Of a DNA stretch of 64,000 nt, positions 58,717 to 64,000 are shown one piece after another. A program made the translations under genes and the position numbers. Every line of letters starts with the position of its first letter. The first letter of the stretch is position 1. This DNA is from an uncultured virus (IMG/VR IMGVR_UViG_3300028591_000186) (taxonomy: Duplodnaviria > Heunggongvirae > Uroviricota > Caudoviricetes), in the IMG/VR virus record IMGVR_UViG_3300028591_000186; one strand, written 5' to 3'. The notes beneath the pieces are model-generated. The model had not been told where the DNA came from. It saw only the letters and a program-made list of their open reading frames with translations, and ran no database searches.

Positions 58717-59199
58717 TTATTTCGTTAGCGAATCATAATATTCAATGACGGCTAACCCTATATTAATTGCATCAGCCTCATCGTCCGTAACATCTAATCC
58801 AAGCCTATCTTTTATATATCTAACGCTTTCTTCCTTAAGTTCATTCCGAGTTTTCTTTCCTTGTTCAAATTTCGGCAACCATTTCCGCCACTCAGACGGA
58901 TTTATCTCATGATATTCACGGCTCTTACATACACACCAACAACGAACTGCTCCAAGTATTTCGGAAAGCTTATTAACCATCATTACATTCCTACCATGTC
59001 CTTGTGGATGTTCAATCCATACTATATCTGGATTTTCTTTTTGAAGTAATTTAATAATATCTCTAATCATATTATCTATTCGTTCATTTACATCTTTATT
59101 TTTGCGATGGTCAAATAAAATATGATAAACATATTTCCCATTAATAAAAAAAGAGACCCCTGTAGCGGTGGTACTTGAGTCTATACTGCATAATTTCAT
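58717..59199 (-). CDS. RuvC-like Holliday junction resolvase
   Basis: SIDSST..TG, WIE, PSEWRK, DDEADAI motifs. Confidence 0.85.
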   Translation of the reverse strand: MKLCSIDSSTTATGVSFFINGKYVYHILFDHRKNKDVNERIDNMIRDIIKLLQKENPDIVWIEHPQGHGRNVMMVNKLSEILGAVRCWCVCKSREYHEINPSEWRKWLPKFEQGKKTRNELKEESVRYIKDRLGLDVTDDEADAINIGLAVIEYYDSLTK

Positions 59200-59228
59200 A
59201 AATATGCTCCATTTTATCCTATTAATCG

Positions 59229-59444
59229 TTAACTAATTTCTCGGTTTCTCCATTTTTTATATAATTCCTTAGTTTTTTCATTCTTAGGGAATATCATTAT
59301 TACATCTCCTTGAGATTCATAAACATCTAAAGGAAAAATACCTTCTCTTAACCAAATATATTGTTGGTATCTATCTCTACATCTCATTACTTCATGTGTT
59401 CTATACTCTTTTGTTTGAAATGCTGGCTTTATCAAATTATTCAT
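59229..59444 (-). CDS. small hypothetical protein
   Basis: 71-aa ORF; start codon abuts the IS left end. Confidence 0.7.
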   Translation of the reverse strand: MNNLIKPAFQTKEYRTHEVMRCRDRYQQYIWLREGIFPLDVYESQGDVIMIFPKNEKTKELYKKWRNREIS

Positions 59445-60916
59445 AAATAAAATCCTTTCGGTTTCGTAGGCGGAAACCCACCGCCCTTGGGCGGTGGGAG
59501 GAGTCTTGTAAATTCGTAGCCATTAACCTTGGCTTTTGATGTACTTTTATATAGTAGCTAATGATATCTTGAATTAACCGCTTGACTTTCACTAATAAAT
59601 ATTATAATATATATTTAGTGAAATAACAATGAGGTACATTATGGAACAGATGATAGTCACAGCTAAAATTCAGATATCCGTTAGTGCAGACAATAAGGTT
59701 CTACTTGATAAAACCATGTCTGTTTATTCTGATGCATGTAATTTTGTATCTGAATATGTGTTCCGTACTCATGACCTTAAACAGTTTTCTCTTAATAAGG
59801 TTTTGTACTCCACACTCCGAGAGAGATTTGGACTCAAATCACAGATGGCTCAGTCTGTATTTAAAACTGTTATCGCAAGATATAAGACCATTCTTGAAAA
59901 TCAGAAAGAGTGGATTCAGCCATCTTTCAAGAAGCCACAGTATGACCTTGTATGGAACAGGGATTATTCCCTTACACAAAACTGTTTCTCGGTTAATACT
60001 CTGAATGGTCGTGTTAAACTTACTTATTTCGCTGAGGGTATGTCTAAATATTTTGACCACACAATCTATAAGTTCGGCACAGCTAAGCTCGTAAACAAGT
60101 ATGGCAAATATTTTTTGCATATCCCTGTTTCTTATGATATCGAGGAAAGTAATATCTCTGATATCTGCAATGTTGTAGGCATTGACAGAGGTATTAACTT
60201 TGTTGCTGCCACTTATGATAGTAAGCACAAGTCTGGTTTTGTAAGCGGTAAAGCCATCAAGCAGAAACGTGCAAGCTACGCCAAACTTCGCAAGGAACTC
60301 CAAATGCGTCAGACTCCATCATCAAGACGTAGGCTCAAAGCTATCGGTCAGCGAGAAAACCGTTGGATGCAGGATGTAAACCATCAAGTATCAAAGGCAC
60401 TCGTTGAAAGCAATCCGAAGCATACGCTCTTTGTTCTTGAAGATTTGTCCGGTGTCCGTAATGCTACAGAGCGTGTCAGAACCAAAGACCGCTATGTTTC
60501 TGTATCGTGGTCTTTCTACGACCTTGAACAGAAGCTAATTTACAAAGCAAAACAGAATCAATCAACTGTTATTAAGGTTGACCCTCGTTATACAAGTCAG
60601 TGCTGCCCTGTATGCGGACACATTGAAAAAGCCAATCGTGATAAGAAGATACATCTGTTTACTTGTAAGAACTGTGGCTATAAATCAAACGATGACCGCG
60701 TTGGAGCTATGAATCTGTACCGCATGGGAATCAACTATCTCGAAGATAGACAAGTACCTGATACAGTTACGGCAGAGTAAATCTTTGTCGTAAGGGGCGG
60801 TGTCAACCGTCCCATGATGCGACCCCACGGAAGTTACACCGACAAAATGTAGGAGTTATTGCAACGAACTACAGGGGAGTCGCAAGCCCATTACCTTTAG
60901 GTGATGGGTAGTTGAC
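59445..60916 (+). mobile_element. non-autonomous IS200/IS605-family (IS1341-type) element
   Basis: LE hairpin 59477-59498; RE hairpin 60887-60908 ending TTGAC; tnpB only, no tnpA. Confidence 0.85.
59641..60780 (+). CDS. tnpB: TnpB RNA-guided endonuclease
   Basis: RuvC GIDRG, LEDL, NDDRVGAMN; Zn finger CPVC/CKNC. Confidence 0.93.
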   Translation: MEQMIVTAKIQISVSADNKVLLDKTMSVYSDACNFVSEYVFRTHDLKQFSLNKVLYSTLRERFGLKSQMAQSVFKTVIARYKTILENQKEWIQPSFKKPQYDLVWNRDYSLTQNCFSVNTLNGRVKLTYFAEGMSKYFDHTIYKFGTAKLVNKYGKYFLHIPVSYDIEESNISDICNVVGIDRGINFVAATYDSKHKSGFVSGKAIKQKRASYAKLRKELQMRQTPSSRRRLKAIGQRENRWMQDVNHQVSKALVESNPKHTLFVLEDLSGVRNATERVRTKDRYVSVSWSFYDLEQKLIYKAKQNQSTVIKVDPRYTSQCCPVCGHIEKANRDKKIHLFTCKNCGYKSNDDRVGAMNLYRMGINYLEDRQVPDTVTAE

Positions 60917-60936
60917 AATACTTTTCACCTTTTAAT
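60780..60936 (+). ncRNA. TnpB omega/reRNA (scaffold plus ~20-nt guide AATACTTTTCACCTTTTAAT)
   Basis: structured RE region after tnpB; guide is the flank beyond TTGAC; 5' end uncertain. Confidence 0.65.
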
Positions 60937-60957
60937 CCTTAATCAGATCCCTAAAAA

Positions 60958-60993
60958 AAGGGATACCCGTGTATTTCTACATGGATATCCCTT
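60958..60993. terminator. hairpin terminator
   Basis: AAGGGATACCCGTGTA/TACATGGATATCCCTT inverted repeat. Confidence 0.6.
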
Positions 60994-61020
60994 TTGTCAA
61001 GAATTAATTCAATATCCATG

Positions 61021-61317
61021 TTAATATAATTTTCTTTTTCTCCTGCCTCTTGGTTTAATTTCTGGTTTAACCATTATTTCTTGTAAAACAGATGCTATTT
61101 CAGATTTATAACTAGAACAATCCTTCATCGGAATCTTTTCAAGAATAGAAGATGCCTTATCTTTATTCAATAATTTCATATTATAAGCAGATATTGTATT
61201 CGCTATCTCTTTACAACTCTCAGTATCATATAACATCTTCCAAGATGGCCCATTACTACAATGCGGGCAGAATTTATATTTATTTCCACAAACCGGACAT
61301 TCTCTTATTTCGGACAT
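61021..61317 (-). CDS. hypothetical Zn-binding protein
   Basis: CPVC...CPHC. Confidence 0.75.
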   Translation of the reverse strand: MSEIRECPVCGNKYKFCPHCSNGPSWKMLYDTESCKEIANTISAYNMKLLNKDKASSILEKIPMKDCSSYKSEIASVLQEIMVKPEIKPRGRRKRKLY

Positions 61318-61379
61318 AATATTTACCTCATACTAAAATAAAGGCCGCCTTGTAATAAAGCGGCCTATTATTATCTATA

Positions 61380-62624
61380 TTATGCCTCAAGAGTAAGTCC
61401 GGAGAGACTAAACTTCTGAGTCTTCTCACCATCAGGAGTAGTCGTAACAACAACAAACTTCTGAGCGTCCTTATCTGTAACTTTAAATGCTCCATTTCTA
61501 TCAGGATCATTGATAATCTCAACAAGACCAGAACCTTGTGAAGGATCAAGTCCGACTTTTACGGAGGTAGCATTTGCATCTATATCAGTAAACTTCAGAG
61601 CAATAAAGTGTCCTTCACCCCAAGAATCTACAAGAGCACCAGACTCAAGCTTCTTAAGAGTACCTGTTATTGCACCATCAGCTACAACTACATCATTCGC
61701 CTGAAGATCACTTACAGGAGTTCCAAACATTGAAAATGTAGGAACCTCAGCCGCTACGGTAACATCGCTTATCTCATCCTCAGTCTCAGCTCCGGGAAGA
61801 TTTATATCCTGATTGATTTTTGCATCATATTCATCTGAATCCTCTGCAATAGCAATGTAAAACAGAAGCTGATTCTTAGCGCAATAATCCTTGAACGCCT
61901 GAGCCGTAAAACTCTGTGCTGATTCAGTATCTACTGTCCAATCGAAATCAGGTGCCATCTGGAAACGAGGGAATACAGCGTAAAGAGCCAAAGTTGTCTC
62001 AGCGTCACAAACATCAGAGCAAAGTATACGGAATGTAGCCTTGCACTCCTTCGGGAACGAAGATCCATCCTGATTAACTCTAACTGCAACGTTGCCCTCA
62101 GCAACCTGATAGTCATATTTAATCTGTACAGAAGGTGTTGCATCCGTAGGAAGCATAATTGAAGTTACACCATCTACAGTAGATATAGCATATGTACCAG
62201 CTCCTGCAACGGTGCCTCTTGTATACCTCAAATCTATATTTGGAAGGCCATTGTCATATGTGCCGTAAACAGACAGAGTTCCCTCAATAGGAGTATCCGG
62301 CAGCTTAAGAGCAGAGTCTGACTTAGCAACCTGAAGAATACGAGGAAGTACTACATCAGCATTCTTTATAATATCAGAACCTGTCTGAAGAGACATAAGG
62401 TTCAGAGAAAGAACTGCATTCTCGCCTGTTATCTCAACATTCTTCGCCGTATAGAATCTCTTTATAATATTACCAACCGCATCTGTCTTATCTTTAGTTT
62501 CAGAAGTCGTATTAATCGAGAAATTCTGAACCTGGTCAAGAACAGCCAGAAGCTTATTATTCTTATCCTCAAACTGTCCGTCAACCACACGGTCGATAAC
62601 CAGCTTATCAAGATTAAGTTCCAT
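61380..62624 (-). CDS. major tail tube protein with C-terminal accessory domain
   Basis: 414 aa; position in tail module; followed by hairpin 61343-61365. Confidence 0.7.
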   Translation of the reverse strand: MELNLDKLVIDRVVDGQFEDKNNKLLAVLDQVQNFSINTTSETKDKTDAVGNIIKRFYTAKNVEITGENAVLSLNLMSLQTGSDIIKNADVVLPRILQVAKSDSALKLPDTPIEGTLSVYGTYDNGLPNIDLRYTRGTVAGAGTYAISTVDGVTSIMLPTDATPSVQIKYDYQVAEGNVAVRVNQDGSSFPKECKATFRILCSDVCDAETTLALYAVFPRFQMAPDFDWTVDTESAQSFTAQAFKDYCAKNQLLFYIAIAEDSDEYDAKINQDINLPGAETEDEISDVTVAAEVPTFSMFGTPVSDLQANDVVVADGAITGTLKKLESGALVDSWGEGHFIALKFTDIDANATSVKVGLDPSQGSGLVEIINDPDRNGAFKVTDKDAQKFVVVTTTPDGEKTQKFSLSGLTLEA

Positions 62625-62639
62625 AATCTAAAACCCCTT

Positions 62640-63428
62640 TCATTTAGTTTTATTATTTATTAGTTTCTTGCCTTTCGGCTTGTATTTATCATCACTGTAT
62701 GTCCATGTCATATCTGTGCTAGATATATCTTTAGTGTCTACAAAACCAGACATACTGCCTTGCATAAGAGCAACAGCAGCTTTCTTACCTTGTATTTGTG
62801 TAAAAGATTTCATAAGCTGATATAACGTAAGGCCATATACAGTTTCATATGTATATGAAAATTCCTCGGTATTCACCAAGGAAACAATTATGTCGAATAT
62901 CATCGACTCAGATTCATCTTGTTTTTTTGCATTGCGTTTTCGTTCTTTTCTATCATCTATTATCATGATTTTAGCGGTAGCTTTATTTGCGGCTTTCTTG
63001 TTCTTGTGTTGAAAACCAATTAATTCTCTTAAATAAGCTATGAATACTTTATATAGTTCTTCATCGAATACAGCTTGATCTGAAGGTCTATATAAGACAG
63101 TTCTTTTGTCTCCATCTTGAGTTTGTTCTTCCATAAGCCGAAACTCACGGAAATCGAAATCGCCCATAATGATTTTTAATTTGCTTGGATCTATTACAGA
63201 TAAAAGAATACGGAAAAAATCCCATTCAGAAATTTCCATAAAATTAATTCCTAAATCGTCAAGCATACTAGGCATATCCCAAGGAGAAGAGCAAAGTGTC
63301 CATGCCGTACTGTAAAAATCATCTTCTCCAAACTCTTCAATTTCATCTATTGTAGGCTGCTGTAAAATAAGCCAATCGGTTATCTCAATCGGCTTACCTC
63401 TAAGAATTCGATTTTTATTAAGTACCAA
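62640..63428 (-). CDS. hypothetical tail-region protein
   Basis: 262-aa ORF. Confidence 0.7.
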   Translation of the reverse strand: MVLNKNRILRGKPIEITDWLILQQPTIDEIEEFGEDDFYSTAWTLCSSPWDMPSMLDDLGINFMEISEWDFFRILLSVIDPSKLKIIMGDFDFREFRLMEEQTQDGDKRTVLYRPSDQAVFDEELYKVFIAYLRELIGFQHKNKKAANKATAKIMIIDDRKERKRNAKKQDESESMIFDIIVSLVNTEEFSYTYETVYGLTLYQLMKSFTQIQGKKAAVALMQGSMSGFVDTKDISSTDMTWTYSDDKYKPKGKKLINNKTK

Positions 63429-63975
63429 TTCTTAAGCCCATCGTTCTTCCATTTTTAGTAATAGAGTTTGTAGTATGATTTTCGAATATAAGGGTGCGGC
63501 TAGGATAGTCGTTATCTACTATACTAGGTTTGTTAGACACCAATTTTAACTGTGTGCCAAAATCATTACAACCGTTAAATTTGTCAATCAAGACTGCGCT
63601 AATTAAGTCGTGACGTGGTACACTAACCTCAGCAACATTCATATCATCCTTATGACAAAGAATATAAAAAATAATTTGCTGATACTTGATAATCGAATTA
63701 TCGCGTGACACGTAGTCAAAAGATGTTTCAAAACAAAGGTAATTTCTTACTTTCGTTTGAACACCGGGTACTAGGAAGTACGGTAAAATAATCTGATTAA
63801 TATATTCTTCCGGTTCCGCTTCTGAGCTTTCAAGCTCCTGATCATGAAGAAGATACGCAATTACATTATCTTCTATAAGTTTTTCTTTGATGATCTGTTT
63901 ATATCTAATATCATCCTCATCCGGTATATTACGATAATCTCGGAGTTTTCGAAGTTCCTTATCACTAAGTTTCAT
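63418..63975 (-). CDS. putative tail completion/terminator protein
   Basis: position upstream of tail tube; start uncertain near window edge. Confidence 0.55.
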   Translation of the reverse strand: MKLSDKELRKLRDYRNIPDEDDIRYKQIIKEKLIEDNVIAYLLHDQELESSEAEPEEYINQIILPYFLVPGVQTKVRNYLCFETSFDYVSRDNSIIKYQQIIFYILCHKDDMNVAEVSVPRHDLISAVLIDKFNGCNDFGTQLKLVSNKPSIVDNDYPSRTLIFENHTTNSITKNGRTMGLRIGT

Positions 63976-64000
63976 AACGACCTCCTTAATTTCCCGCAAT

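Noticed and set aside
2119..62143. Many antisense or overlapping ORFs in the ORF track (e.g. 2119-2478, 10246-10671, 44561-45058, 59839-60303)
   Set aside because: Shadows of real genes on the opposite strand or another frame; no RBS or recognisable motifs.
1..64000. CRISPR array, tRNA or rRNA genes
   Set aside because: No regularly spaced identical repeats or cloverleaf/T-loop signatures seen by eye. The junction motif is dispersed and separated by whole genes.

Overview
AT-rich 64-kb segment of a large temperate siphovirus-type phage of Firmicutes, probably a gut Clostridia/Lachnospiraceae host, with SPbeta-like organisation. Two convergent arms meet at an intact attP-like region near 25.0-25.2 kb. 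The + arm (1-24.9 kb) holds a dense array of small accessory ORFs, then a DNA/nucleotide metabolism module: Dam-like MTase, HPr-like protein, nucleotidyltransferase, DnaE, dUTPase, intein-containing NrdD and an HNH endonuclease, ending in xis-int. The - arm (25.3-64 kb) is the tail/lysis module: tail tube, RuvC, a second tyrosine recombinase, a 3100-aa tape measure protein, Dit, Tal, fibres, endolysin and holins, with an IS200/IS605 tnpB element inserted. Main discovery candidate: a palindromic core ATAAAA-N6-TTTTAT sits repeatedly at gene junctions (upstream stop codon in the left arm, RBS after the right arm). Two copies flanking a tail-fibre gene each carry an identically spaced tandem of NrdR-box-like motifs, and a foreign holin fragment is cut exactly at one core. 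This suggests an integron-like, tyrosine-recombinase-driven cassette exchange system. Other notable items: a kinase-like domain inside the tape measure protein next to a Ser/Thr phosphatase gene, two structured ncRNA candidates, a tnpB element inserted at a start codon that supplies its own RBS, and a type I TA-like locus. All calls come from reading the sequence by eye; no searches were run.
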